A stretch of 64,000 bases of DNA from an uncultured cyanobacterium (GCA_963744145.1 CAVUSO010000001.1:3424001-3488000), one strand, 5' to 3'. Counted from the stretch's first letter, positions 1 to 11,572 are shown. Notes: generated from the letters alone by a model not told the origin. Translations and numbers: made by a program.

Positions 1-372
1 CTGAAGAGTATATTAGAAATAAGCCAAAATTTAGAGCCAGAGGAGCGGAATTTACTTATGCGTTTGTCACCACTGTACGAGCAACAGTTAGCTGAAGCTA
101 CCCAAAAAGGGATTGAACAAGGGATTGGACAAGGGATTCAGCAAGGAATTCAGCAAGGGATTCAGCAAGGGATTCAGCAAGGGATTCAGCAAACACAGCG
201 GATTTTTGTGGAAAATTTGTTGAGGGCGAGATTTGGAGAGTTGGATCAGGAATTGACCACAATTATTGAGCCTTTATTGGCATTACCATCAACAGATTTA
301 ACCGCGTTATTATTACAGTTGTCGAATTTATCTCGGGCGGAATTGTTGGCTAGATTTAATCTTGAAACATGA
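1..372 (+). CDS. C-terminal part of a cyanobacterial Rpn/DUF4351-like protein with QQGI repeats (5' end outside window)
   Basis: Frame is open from base 1 (LKSILEISQNLEPEERNLLMRLSPLY). It has tandem QQGI/EQGI repeats and the typical tail ENLLRARFGELD...LSRAELLARF. Confidence 0.7.
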   Translation: MKSILEISQNLEPEERNLLMRLSPLYEQQLAEATQKGIEQGIGQGIQQGIQQGIQQGIQQGIQQTQRIFVENLLRARFGELDQELTTIIEPLLALPSTDLTALLLQLSNLSRAELLARFNLET

Positions 373-447
373 TGGTAACTTTTTCGTTAACATTAGACCT
401 CTTGCAAAAGTCCTTATGTGCCCTGAGCGTAGTCGAAGGGGGATAAT

Positions 448-3400
448 TTAGCGTTTTTTACGTTTGGGTTTCACTGGGACAATATTTCCGAATAAATCAA
501 TTTCTAAGGGATTACCAAATGAGTCTGTAGGTGGTTGATAATTTGGGTCAGTTGGTAATAATTTTGATGGTGGCTCTGGTAGTTTTGGTGTGCCTAAAAG
601 TCGTTGCAAATTATCAGCGTGTCTTTCGCATTCTTGCCATGATTCCTCGATCGCACTCTCTAATTGCCAAGGTAAAAAGCGATCGCCTAATCTTTGGGCA
701 ACGGGTTGGGGTTCTTTGGCTCTATCATCCTGTCCTAAGTTATAATCTGCTAATCTTAAGGTTTGGGGTAGCATCCACCCTTCAGAGTTGTTGAGATTGA
801 GGAAGTTTTCTAGTCCCAGATGTTTGAGTTCGTGGAATGCGACGAGGGATAAGACGGTGTGACGCAGTTCTGGGTCTTTTTCTTTGTCTACTCGCCAAAA
901 TCCTTTGGGGTCGAGGGTGCGGGCAAATTTTTTATCACAAACTTGGGTAATTGGATAGTCGCAGTCTTGCAATATCGAGGCAAAATCTTCGATTTCTAAT
1001 CCGTAGAGTTCGGCTACTATTGCATCTAATATACAGCGTAAACGTAGGCGATCGTAGGGGGTAATTGCCCAGAGTTGATACCAATGCACAGAAGATATAT
1101 TTGAAATAAATTTTTGATAGATATGACTCCATTCTCTTGCGTATTTACTAGCCGCAATAGATAGTTTTGCTGATGCCAATACAAAATTATAATTAAAATT
1201 TGTTATTTTTTTAGGAATTGTTGTTTCTTCTAAATAATGCCAAGTTAGGTGTAGTCCACCCATTCTAACACGAATTAGGTAATCAAAAGAATAAGAATTA
1301 TAAATTGAAACTAAATTTAAAATTTTTATTAAATTAGGATCTCCTAGACCTATAATAGGTGCTGAGTGACCGCAAGGAACACTACTTAAAAAAGTAGCAT
1401 ACATTGTTCTAGAATTAGTTGAAGACGCAATATCCATAATTCCAGCTTTAGGGAGAAAACCAACAGCATCTATTTCTTTGATTGACATAAGATATTGAGG
1501 TTCAATAACTTTATTATCCCAAGGAATATCTCGCCATACAGCAGTTCTACCTTTACCGCTTACCCATCCCTTTTGACTAAAATCAAATTGCCCAATCATC
1601 CGTCCTTCATATAAAGGTAATGCGACATCTTCAACTTCATCAATATTAATCGCGCTACTACCATCAGCAGATAAAATCAAACCTTCAGAACGGTGTAAAA
1701 TCGATCGCGTACCCTCATAAACTTGCCAATTTCCCTTTAACCAGTGTCCGTACTCATCAGGACAATAACCCTTAGCTTCCCACTGGGGACGGGGAGGAAA
1801 TAACTTAGAATCATTTGTCATGTCAAACTCTCTAGCGTACTGTATCCCCCAACCTTGAGGACTGTCATCACCGAGTAGTACACCGTTAGCATACATTTTT
1901 TCTAAAATCTGCAAATCGCGTTCAGATTTAATCTCTAAAATTGCCTTAGATTTCGGGCTAAATTGTTCAACTCGGACACCAGGATAAGCTAAAACGTATT
2001 TTTCTGCTTCTTCCCAAGTAGTTAAATCGCGCTGCATAAAGGTGGCTTGGATTACTTCAGTTTCTCCACCTTTTTTCACGATAATTGGACAAAACTTAAA
2101 TGAACGATGAATATTAAAAATTCCATCTCTATTTTCAAATCCAAATAACCATTGCCACTGACACTCTGATAAAAACAAAGTTCTGAGGTTAGTTGAACCT
2201 TTATCAGTATAAATTCCAGATGGCACAATCATCCCCATCTGTCCGTCTTGATGTAGTAAGACAATAGACAATTCTAAAAACATCTTATAAGTATTAATAT
2301 CTGCCGAACCTTGATATAAAAACGGATGACGGGGTTCAGCATAACCCTTTTGTTTGTGTCGCTTATTGCGCCATAACTCATATAAATATTCCGTTTCCTT
2401 AGCCGATCGCGACAAACTAAACTTTTCTTTCCCCTCGACCGGATCACCAAAAGGAAACCCCACATTCTTAGTCCAGTTGGAAAGAGCTTTCATGCGATCG
2501 CAATAGGACAACCAAGCAGTTTCTATTTGCGGATCATTTGTAAAATATTCCAACTGTTTATTTAACGCTTCCTGCTTCCCATAGGTGCGATAAAGCGGAT
2601 CAACATTAGAGAAAAATTCCATCGAATTTGGTTTCTGAATTTCCCAAGGAGGATTACCAATGATCGCATCAAAACCCGATCCCTGAAAATGACCTAACCC
2701 CCCAACCCCCTTCCCTACAAGGGAAGGGGGAGCAAGAAAAGAGGAAGGAGAAGTAATAAAAGAGGGAGAATTTACTCCCCTCTCCTCGTAGGAGAGGGGC
2801 TGGGGGAGAGGTCTTTCACTACTAGCAAAAACATCAGGAAACTCTAACTCCCAATGAAAAAATCTATAAGATTCTGCTAACTTCTCAATCAACTCTCTTG
2901 TCACATCAGACGGATTAAAAAAACTTACCGGAGTTGGCGCATTTTCCATATCTTCACCAGACCAAAACCACACTGCACACCAACTATCAAACGCCAATTT
3001 TAATAACTTAATCGCTTCATTTTCTTGAAATTGCTGCTGATAGCGATTTTCCTTCTGTTCCTCTGATAAATAATCAATCGGTAAACGGTGTAAATCCTCA
3101 AAAATACTCTGGGCTTGATCGTGAATTGCTGCTGGTGGAGAAGGCAAATTAAAATTAGGATACTCCAATTGCGGTTTACTGGGATCTAGAGATTCTAATA
3201 AGGTTTTTAACTCATTTTTAACCTTCTCGTTTTTAGTATCTTTAATCGCTTGATGCCATTTATCCCCTTTTTGCTGAAATTCCCCTGGTTTTTTGCCCTG
3301 CTTTAATACAAACTCCCGGAAATGGTGAATAAATTTCTCGTGCTTAATATCACCTCCCTTCCTTTCCCAAGCCATTACCGGATAATCTTGAAAGCGATCG

Positions 3401-5664
3401 AACCAACATCCAACTAAAGAATTACCACATTTTAATTTATGATCAATAAAACTAAAAGGTAGGGTCTGATCCATTGTTTCTACCCACAAAGATAACCGCG
3501 CTAATTCTACTGCTAAGGGGTCAATATCCACTCCATAAATACAGCGTTCTACAATATAACGTTTAAGTCGTCCTTTCAGTTTTTCCTCAAAATCATCTGC
3601 ATCTGGTAACAATGGTAAAGTTTCCGCTAACATGGAATTAGTACCCACCCCATCTGCTAATCGACAAAGGGTTTTATCTCCATGTGCTTCGATGCAATGA
3701 TGATAGTGCAAACTTTCATAAAGTGCATCTGTTAAAAACCTTAATGCTGCTACAGGAAAGGAACCGGAACCCATTGCAGGATCACAAATTTTGAGGGCTA
3801 ATATTTCGGCTGGTTTTTTCGGAAATTCGCCATCATAAACTAAAGGTTGTAAAGTTCTTCTAGTAGTTGGAATTGCTAATTGTGGACGAGTATAAAAAGT
3901 ACCGGAACCTTTGCGAGTACCACCCCAACGAACTAAAAACCACTCTCCAGGTAACACAACTCGGACAATTAAATTATTGGCAGTTTTCCTAACTTCTTCT
4001 TGGTATACGGTCAAAGCTTCTGCTTTTTTACTTCTCGGTTTAGCCACTAATTTACCGACTTCTACTGTTCGCATTGCCCAATTTAAAGCTCGTTCTCTTA
4101 CCTGCTGAACTGCATCAATATCTAATTCTAATACCTCATCTTTGGGAGTCAGTACTTCCACATTTTCTAGGTCTTCATCAATATCTTCAATTTCTGCTTC
4201 AATTTCCTCTGTTGTTTCCGTCTCAGCTTTAACAGGTTGCTTCAGTTTTTCTACTAAATTCGCTAAAGCATGATTATCCATTGCTTCTAACCTTGCTAAA
4301 GGTAAAGCGGGTTGCTTACCTAAATTTAGGAAAATAATTGCATCATCTTTTCCAGCACAGCGTAATTCATAATCAAGTAAACTTTCGTATAAAATACCGA
4401 TATATTCTGAAGATAAATCGGAAAAATCTACTGGTGCTTCTACCCAAATAGTACTACGTCCTTGACTTACTTTTACTTTACTACGAGTTAATAATTCTAA
4501 AATTCGATAAATTACTGCATCTGAGGGAGTATGGACGAGATTTTCAAAAACTGCGATCGCACGTAATAGAGGGTCTTTAGCATCAGGATTACCAGGGGTA
4601 AACAAACCACCACCATAACGGGGAATTGGCAGTGCTTCGTGATAGCATCCTTGATAAACTAAGCGAAATAATCCTAATAATCGGGGCCAAGCACTATAAC
4701 AATTTCGTAATCTTTCTGTTGCATTTCCTCCCGCAAAGCGATCGAGTTGTTCCCGCAATCCTTGAATACCATAAGAACTATAATAAATGGGATTATTTCG
4801 GGGTAACAAATCTCTTGCTTCAGCAAACAAAATCACGACACAACGCATAATCATCCGCGTTGCAGCAATATAAATATCCCTGTTACTAATAGTCTCTAAA
4901 GTACCTACTACGAACGATTCTTTGATTAATAATTCAACGGCTAATCTTACTCGTTCTCCGAGAATATTTGATAATTCTGCTTGACCTTGACGAGATGCTT
5001 GTATTGCGGCAATTAAAGGGCTGAGAATATTGTTTTTTTCTGGACAAATTGCCGTTTTTCCTAACAATATTCTTAATGCTTCTACCTGTAACCCTGGTTG
5101 ACCGATCGTAAACCATAGGTCAATATCCCACTCACACCAAGCATCATAATCTACTCCAGCATGAATCAATCGAAATTGTCTACCATTTGTTAATAAAGCC
5201 ATCTTTTGATTGGCTTTTCTTAACCATTCAATTACACGAGAAATAGTACGTCGTCCTTTACCAATTCCCAACCGTGTTAATATCCCGCTGTCTGAATCTG
5301 CGACAAATACAGGTAATACTCCTCCCTGTGGTTCTAACCAGACCCGACGAGGTTTAATTAATTCTCCAGTAATTGCTTTTTGTGCCCAACTTCTATCAAC
5401 ATAATTCCCCTTAATCCATCCATCTTTTCCTAATCCCAAAACATCTTCTAAAACCGTATCCAACAGGATATTAATATGTCCTTGCTCTCCATCTCGCACC
5501 CGATTGACATCTCGTCGTAATCGATCTTCAATATAACGAGGTAAAGGAGGAATTTTCTCAACAAAAAACTCTCCTAACTTTGCTGGTGCAATTAACAATC
5601 CTCCATGCTTCAAAGATGTCCACCAAGCATACCGATCAACCATTGGTAAAGAAGTTGTCATCAT
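448..5664 (-). CDS. Large N6-adenine DNA methyltransferase (Eco57I/type IIG-like; DISARM DrmMI-like)
   Basis: Motifs GTFYT, DPAMGSGSF (motif I), YGVDID, FHWELEFPDVF and GNPPW (motif IV), plus LLTNGRQFRL near the N-terminus. The start overlaps the helicase stop. Confidence 0.85.
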   Translation of the reverse strand: MMTTSLPMVDRYAWWTSLKHGGLLIAPAKLGEFFVEKIPPLPRYIEDRLRRDVNRVRDGEQGHINILLDTVLEDVLGLGKDGWIKGNYVDRSWAQKAITGELIKPRRVWLEPQGGVLPVFVADSDSGILTRLGIGKGRRTISRVIEWLRKANQKMALLTNGRQFRLIHAGVDYDAWCEWDIDLWFTIGQPGLQVEALRILLGKTAICPEKNNILSPLIAAIQASRQGQAELSNILGERVRLAVELLIKESFVVGTLETISNRDIYIAATRMIMRCVVILFAEARDLLPRNNPIYYSSYGIQGLREQLDRFAGGNATERLRNCYSAWPRLLGLFRLVYQGCYHEALPIPRYGGGLFTPGNPDAKDPLLRAIAVFENLVHTPSDAVIYRILELLTRSKVKVSQGRSTIWVEAPVDFSDLSSEYIGILYESLLDYELRCAGKDDAIIFLNLGKQPALPLARLEAMDNHALANLVEKLKQPVKAETETTEEIEAEIEDIDEDLENVEVLTPKDEVLELDIDAVQQVRERALNWAMRTVEVGKLVAKPRSKKAEALTVYQEEVRKTANNLIVRVVLPGEWFLVRWGGTRKGSGTFYTRPQLAIPTTRRTLQPLVYDGEFPKKPAEILALKICDPAMGSGSFPVAALRFLTDALYESLHYHHCIEAHGDKTLCRLADGVGTNSMLAETLPLLPDADDFEEKLKGRLKRYIVERCIYGVDIDPLAVELARLSLWVETMDQTLPFSFIDHKLKCGNSLVGCWFDRFQDYPVMAWERKGGDIKHEKFIHHFREFVLKQGKKPGEFQQKGDKWHQAIKDTKNEKVKNELKTLLESLDPSKPQLEYPNFNLPSPPAAIHDQAQSIFEDLHRLPIDYLSEEQKENRYQQQFQENEAIKLLKLAFDSWCAVWFWSGEDMENAPTPVSFFNPSDVTRELIEKLAESYRFFHWELEFPDVFASSERPLPQPLSYEERGVNSPSFITSPSSFLAPPSLVGKGVGGLGHFQGSGFDAIIGNPPWEIQKPNSMEFFSNVDPLYRTYGKQEALNKQLEYFTNDPQIETAWLSYCDRMKALSNWTKNVGFPFGDPVEGKEKFSLSRSAKETEYLYELWRNKRHKQKGYAEPRHPFLYQGSADINTYKMFLELSIVLLHQDGQMGMIVPSGIYTDKGSTNLRTLFLSECQWQWLFGFENRDGIFNIHRSFKFCPIIVKKGGETEVIQATFMQRDLTTWEEAEKYVLAYPGVRVEQFSPKSKAILEIKSERDLQILEKMYANGVLLGDDSPQGWGIQYAREFDMTNDSKLFPPRPQWEAKGYCPDEYGHWLKGNWQVYEGTRSILHRSEGLILSADGSSAINIDEVEDVALPLYEGRMIGQFDFSQKGWVSGKGRTAVWRDIPWDNKVIEPQYLMSIKEIDAVGFLPKAGIMDIASSTNSRTMYATFLSSVPCGHSAPIIGLGDPNLIKILNLVSIYNSYSFDYLIRVRMGGLHLTWHYLEETTIPKKITNFNYNFVLASAKLSIAASKYAREWSHIYQKFISNISSVHWYQLWAITPYDRLRLRCILDAIVAELYGLEIEDFASILQDCDYPITQVCDKKFARTLDPKGFWRVDKEKDPELRHTVLSLVAFHELKHLGLENFLNLNNSEGWMLPQTLRLADYNLGQDDRAKEPQPVAQRLGDRFLPWQLESAIEESWQECERHADNLQRLLGTPKLPEPPSKLLPTDPNYQPPTDSFGNPLEIDLFGNIVPVKPKRKKR
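2691..2813. repeat. 123-bp palindromic dispersed repeat inserted in frame in the methyltransferase
   Basis: Terminal inverted repeat gacct...aggtc with two inner hairpins (cccccttccct-aca-agggaaggggg and cccctctcct-cgt-aggagagggg). Length is 41 codons. Confidence 0.8.
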
Positions 5665-8600
5665 TGATCCATCTCCGGTAAACGAATTTCAACAGTCACG
5701 GGAAAATTTTGAGCTTTCCCTCGTAATTTATAACGTTTTGGTAACATTTGTTCGATCACACGAGATTCTTCGATTTTGAGGAAATCTAGCAAATCTTGAT
5801 AATGTCTACGACGCAATTCCAATTCTTCATTCAAATTTCGTAACTTTTCTTCTTTTTGTCGCGTATCCTCAACAAATAAAGACAATTGCTGCATATCATG
5901 AAAAAGTTCATCTCTTTCCTTTTCTAATTTCTGAATAGTTGTCTCATTCATTGCCCGCTCTACTTCTTTAAAACGAGACTTAAACCGTTCTTTTTCTGCT
6001 TTGAGTGCAACTTTTCCCGTTTCTTGTAATTGAGTTTCTAAAAGCTGGGTTAACTCTTGTCCCAAAAGTTTTAAAATATCTTTAACTTCTACAGAAATTT
6101 CATCCCAAAAATCCCGTGCTTTCTCCACATCAACCGAAGTAACCGAACGTTTAGATACATAATCATCTCCAGCAGCAAGATGAGGTAATCTTTCTCCTAA
6201 TTCTCTATTTTTAATGATCAACCTAACAGTTCTGACCCAATGATGGAAAGGTTCCCGCAATTCATTTACTGCTAACTCTTCCACAGTTAACAATAGTAAA
6301 GCATCTGCACCTTCTGGTACTTCTCCATATCTTACCGTCCAACGGGATAGGGTTTGACTTTCAATTCCACCAGGAAATCTCGCTCTAGCGAACATCGCTA
6401 ATGCTTGATGAAATAGGGGATGACCTAAATGTAATAATACGGTATCTTTGGCTGGACGAAAAACAGGTCTGTGGTTAATAATTTGGATAAAATGTTTATA
6501 ATCAAATACCAAAGCAGGTAATGCTCCTGGTTGACCATTGGCTGCTTCTTGACGTAAATAATCATTAATTAAAGGTTCCCATTTCGGTGGAATTGGTATT
6601 CGCAATCGGAGTTTACCTTGTGGATCTGGTCCGTCAAATCTGGGTAATCCTATCCCCAACCCTAAAGCAATTTCTAAGGTACTTTTCAAGGTTTCAGGAC
6701 TTAAATCAATCTCTCGCTCTAACTGTTTTAATAGGTTTGCTTCTTCCCTTCCCATTTCCACTTGTTCATAGCGAGGAATTTCGGTGCGTCCCCGTCGTTT
6801 TTGTACCGCTTCATCTAAACTAACCAAAACGGTATTAGTATCTTCTAAATTAATAAATCTTCGTTGAAAAGCAGCATCGAAGACTTCTCCCATTGAACCC
6901 AATTCTTCTCGAATAGTATTGACTTTTTCTACGACATTTGCTAAGAATTTCAGATCAGCATCATCTTCACTGGTAAAGTGAAAAACAATCACATCTCTTG
7001 CTTGTCCGTGCCGATCTAAACGTCCATTTCTTTGGTCAAGTCGAGCCGGATTCCAAGGAATATCATAATGGAGAATCAGATGAGCAGTTTCTTGTAAATT
7101 CAATCCTTCTGATGCTGCATCTGTAGCAATTAAAATCCGGATTGGATCATCTGGATCATTAAATGCTTGCTTAATCTTTTCTCGTTCTTGATCTGGTAAA
7201 CCACCATATAATATTTGCACTGCTAACCCATCTTTTGGAAAAGTTGCTTTTAGTCGGTATTCTAAATAATCTAGGGTAGTTTTATATTCAGTAAAAATCA
7301 CCAAGCGTTGATTAGATTCCCACTCATTGCCATTCCACAATTGTTTTTTAATTACCTTTAATAATCTTTCCCAACGTTCATCTGCTGCTGGATTGAGAAG
7401 AAAATTATCCTCTTTTCGTACTAACCCTAAATTTACTAAAGCTGTATCAATATGAGTGATTTCTTCGGTTAGATGAGGTACAAAAGGTTTTAACCAAGCA
7501 CCTGTAGTTTTAGCAGCGTGTTGTAAACGACCTTCGGTTTCACGGTCATCATCTAAATCTGCTAAAGTTGCTTTTTTCGCTGCTTGAACTTCGGCTAATT
7601 CTGCTGATTCTGTTTGCGCGATTCCATCCTTAAATCGATACCAAGAATGGGCGAAAGTATAAGGACAGGAAAGTAAACGTTTATTTAAAACTTCAATCGC
7701 AAAAGATCCTGCTAATTGTTCAGTTTTCTTAGTAGCAGCGATCAGAGTTTTTACCGCAATCCGAAATTCAGAAAATGCCCTGGACAGTCTTTTTTCCAAA
7801 ATTCCAAAATAAAGAGGAACAGGTTCAGGAATGCGATCGCAAAATCGACGGATATTTCCTGCGCTTTCATCTAATTCATTAATCTCCCGTTTTAACCGAC
7901 GTACCACTACCTCACCGATCCGCTGTTTCACCACCTCATTAAAATCACTGGTTTGATTAAATCTGACCGGATCAAGTTGTTCCAGTAACCCAGAAAAACA
8001 CCGAGTATGTCCATTGTGAGGAGTAGCAGTCAGAAATAATTTATGCTCAAACCAAGGAGAAAGCGATCGCAACATTTTCGCTAAATCACTATCTTCACCA
8101 AAATTAGCAGGCATTAAATTATGCGCTTCATCTACAATTAATAAATCCCAAGGTAATTGAGCCGAACCTTCTGGTTGTCCACAAGCTGCTCGAAACTGTT
8201 CTAAAATATCTGGTTGTCGTAAATAATGATAAGATGTAATAATCCCGGATAAGTACACCAAGGATTAGCATCTAAACCCAATCTTTTTTGCAAAGTATGA
8301 GTTTCTGCCCGATCAATTATATCAAAACTTAAAGAAAACTTACCCTTCATTTCCTGTTGCCATTGTTTACGAAGTGCCGCAGGAGAAATAATTAATACCC
8401 GTCGAATTCGTCGTCTTAAAAGTAATTCAGTTAAAATTAATCCAGCTTCAACCGTTTTTCCCAATCCCACATCATCAGCCAATAATAACGAAATCCGGGG
8501 CATCTTTAATGCTTTTACGAGCGGCACTAATTGGAAATCTTCTACCTGTAAAGCACCAAAAAAAGGAGCAGCGATCGCTAAATTAACACTAACAGAACGA

Positions 8601-8956
8601 TCGGGATTAAGAAAATTTGCCAGTGCTGTCCAACGAGTAGCGCGTTGTAGCGCATCAAAATCAGGACTACTCATGGTTGGTTCTATTGCTACTTGTGGTA
8701 AAGCTGTAGGTTCTAAAAGTGTTGCACCTATTTCCCTTTCCCAAATAACGGTATCTTCTGCTACTCCATCATAATCCGTATATTCCAGACGAACTAAGTG
8801 AAGTCTACCTTCTATGCTGCCATCAAATGGTTCTACTGCTGCTATTAAAGCACGTCGGTGACGAACAGTGGCAAGCATTCCTACTCGCGGGGAACCATTA
8901 AAATTTGGTACTTGACTTTTTGCCATTATGTCAAAAAAGTTAGCTATAATTAACAT
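5661..8956 (-). pseudogene. drmD: SNF2-family helicase, DISARM DrmD-like, split by a 1-nt frameshift near 8245 (true lesion or sequencing error)
   Basis: ORF 8201-8956 carries FQLVPLVKALKMPRISLLLADDVGLGKT (Walker A). ORF 5661-8261 carries DEAH, TATP, TDAASEGLNLQ and QRNGRLDR. Adding one base joins them as NPWCTYPxIITSYHYL. Confidence 0.8.
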
Positions 8957-8995
8957 ATTAACGCTCTTGGGAGCATCGCTAACAAAAAATTTCTA

Positions 8996-9795
8996 ATGCA
9001 CACTTGGCACTGGCATTTTTGGCAAGAACTTCCTTATCTCACTTGTAGTTGGTTAGAACCTTGGCCCACGCCTTTTTTACCCAACAATTTTGGCCCCAAC
9101 CTCCCCAAAAATTGGTGGAAATATTGCAACCTACTGCTGAAGTTTACCGCGTTAAGCAAGTACATGGTAATCGGGTAATTAATCCTAGCGAAGTTACCCC
9201 TATATTGCAGCTAGAAGTAGCATCGGAAACTTTGGCTGAAGCTGACGCGATTGTAACTGAGATTCCCAATCAAGCAGCATGGGTTTGTAGTGCGGACTGT
9301 GGACCTGTATTAATTGCGGATGCTCAAACTGGACAGGTAGCTGCAATTCATGCTGGTTGGAGGGGAACTGCGGCGAAAATTGTGCCGATCGCGATCGCCA
9401 GATTATTAGCACAAGGTTCTCAATTAGAACATCTGCGGATCGCGATCGGACCAGCAATTTCTGGAGAAGTTTATCAAGTCTCTGTAGATGTAGCAGCTCA
9501 AGTAGGTGCGACGATTATTCCCCCAGATTCAGCACAGACAACATCATCAATTTTAGAGGCTTTAAATCACATTCCTCATCCCCCAATTTTACCCGATCCA
9601 GAACCAGGAAAAGTCCGTTTAGATGTGCGACGAGCGATCGCTTTGCAATTAGAACAGTTAGGTATTGAATTAGCCCAAATTGCGATCGCTCCCTATTGTA
9701 CTTATCAAAATCCAGAACATTTCTTTTCCTACCGTCGTGATGGTTTGAAAAAAGTGCAATGGTCTGGTATTGTTAGTAAGAACAGCCGCGTCTAA
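8996..9795 (+). pseudogene. pgeF: PgeF/YfiH (polyphenol oxidase/laccase-like) protein with a 1-nt frameshift near 9066
   Basis: The N-terminus MHTWHW...PYLTCSWLEPW is in one frame. HAFFT, QVHG, ADCGP, AIHAGWRG and FFSYRR are in the next frame. The shift lies in a C run (tggcccac). Confidence 0.8.
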
Positions 9796-10838
9796 TTTAA
9801 TTTAGCTGCATGAGCTGCGGCTCCGATCAGTCCAACTTGAGGATTACGCACAATATGTACAGGGATATTTTTTAAGAGATTAGACATTCTCCCTTTTTGG
9901 GTAAATGCTTTGAGAAAACTACCTTCTTGGATTAAGGGAAGGATTTTAGTAACAATTCCTCCAGCTACATATAAACCTCCATAAGGTAAGAGTTTAAGTG
10001 CTAAATTTCCCGCTTCTGCTCCATAAGCTTCAATAAAGATTTGCATAGCTTGTTCAGATAACCGATCGCTTTTTGCTAGTGCGGCAGCAGAAATTGCGGC
10101 GGCAGGATCTACACTTTTATTTGTCTCTCGACTTTCCATTTCCCAAGTCTTGACGATCGCTTGGATTTCTGGTGATTCCACGGCAAAATTAATATCTCGC
10201 AAAAATTGATAAATCCAGATAATCCCTTGACCACAAACAATTCTTTCCACCGAAACACGTTGTAGTTTATATTGATGGCGTAAATATTGCAATAATTGAA
10301 ATTCGATTTCCGAACGTGGAGCAAAATCTGCGTGTCCCCCTTCTGTCCCATAGACGCGATAACTATTTCCTTGGGAAATCGCAAATCCTTCTCCTAAACC
10401 TGTCCCAGCACCCAAAATCGCAATTGGTGCATCTGGGTTGAGTTCTCCTGATTGTAAGGTAAATAAATCAGTCTCAGGTAAAATTCCGACTCCATACCCG
10501 ATCGCTACAAAGTCATTGATTAAGCTAACTTGGGCAATTCCCAGTTCTTGTTTTAGACGTGAGGTCGTAAGCTGGGGCCAATTCAAGTTAGTCAAGATGC
10601 TACTATGATTGATGACCGGACCAGCGATCGCCAAACAAGCTTTCGTGGGTTGGGTATTATATCCTAAAACAGTTGTTGCTGTTTGTAAAAATTGCTGCAC
10701 TATTGGCACTAGGTCTGGAAATTCATTACTTATATATTGATTTTCATATTGTGTTGACAATGTTTTCCCATCGTTAGTTTCGACTAAGCGCAAAATAGTC
10801 TTTGTTCCCCCAATATCCCCAGCAATCAACAATCCCAT
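9792..10838 (-). CDS. glk: Glucokinase
   Basis: Motifs GDIGGTK, INDF, GAGTGLG, EGGH and GGLYVAGGI. Confidence 0.95.
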   Translation of the reverse strand: MGLLIAGDIGGTKTILRLVETNDGKTLSTQYENQYISNEFPDLVPIVQQFLQTATTVLGYNTQPTKACLAIAGPVINHSSILTNLNWPQLTTSRLKQELGIAQVSLINDFVAIGYGVGILPETDLFTLQSGELNPDAPIAILGAGTGLGEGFAISQGNSYRVYGTEGGHADFAPRSEIEFQLLQYLRHQYKLQRVSVERIVCGQGIIWIYQFLRDINFAVESPEIQAIVKTWEMESRETNKSVDPAAAISAAALAKSDRLSEQAMQIFIEAYGAEAGNLALKLLPYGGLYVAGGIVTKILPLIQEGSFLKAFTQKGRMSNLLKNIPVHIVRNPQVGLIGAAAHAAKLN

Positions 10839-10847
10839 GATTTATTT

Positions 10848-11537
10848 CTAATTGATTAATTTCTCTACAGGACTAACTTTAGCACGCCACAGCAGTTTTT
10901 CACCTTGTTTATATCCAGCATAACGTATTTTTACCAATTCTCCCGGTGCCACATTTCCTTCCATGAGCTGATGAATTTGGGGATGGTAGGGAACTTCTGA
11001 CCCAATTTCCGCGATCGTCTGTACTCCCCATGTTTGCAAAAGTCTTTCTAATGGTTTGACTAAGGGAATTAATCGGAGCGCAGGTAAATCTGGATTTGCT
11101 TGTGCTTTATTTACTGCTGTGGGCCATTGCAAAAGCCAAGATTCTAAGATTTGTAAAGTAGATTGTTGAAATTCTTGTTGCAAAGATACTTTTTGCTGTA
11201 CCATCTGTTCTTGGAGACGAGAATATTCTTGTGCTAGTTTTACTGATAATAATTCTAGTTCTGCCTCATCTTTTAAATCAGGAACTGACGTTAAGGAATT
11301 CAATAGCTTATTCAGAGTAATTTGTAAAGCGGCACTAACTTTTAGTAATATATCTACCCTAGTTTGTAATACCAATCCTTGTTGAAGTCGCCAAAGCTGT
11401 AATTCAGAAACACCAGCTTTTTTGCTCAATTCTTCTAAGCTGGAAATACCGACTTCTTGCATCAAATCTTCTAACTTATACCGGGGATCTTGATTAGAAA
11501 AGTTCATCATTGCTGGAAGTATTTTCGATGTTATCAA
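10848..11537 (-). CDS. Cro/C1-type HTH protein with coiled coil and GrpE-like C-terminal domain
   Basis: N-terminal HTH (SLEELSKKAGVSELQLWRL) and a GrpE-like C-terminus (YHPQIHQLM...GYKQGEKLLWRAKVS). The start may be a few codons downstream. Confidence 0.7.
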   Translation of the reverse strand: MITSKILPAMMNFSNQDPRYKLEDLMQEVGISSLEELSKKAGVSELQLWRLQQGLVLQTRVDILLKVSAALQITLNKLLNSLTSVPDLKDEAELELLSVKLAQEYSRLQEQMVQQKVSLQQEFQQSTLQILESWLLQWPTAVNKAQANPDLPALRLIPLVKPLERLLQTWGVQTIAEIGSEVPYHPQIHQLMEGNVAPGELVKIRYAGYKQGEKLLWRAKVSPVEKLIN

Positions 11538-11572
11538 TATTTTTTTAATCTAGGAGAAGAAATTAATCAGCA

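Noticed and set aside
448..5664. BREX PglX assignment for the methyltransferase
   Set aside because: No brxC or pglZ is present, and the partner is a DrmD-type SNF2 helicase.
8240..8260. Programmed ribosomal frameshift in drmD
   Set aside because: No slippery heptamer is evident. A simple deletion or sequencing error is more parsimonious.
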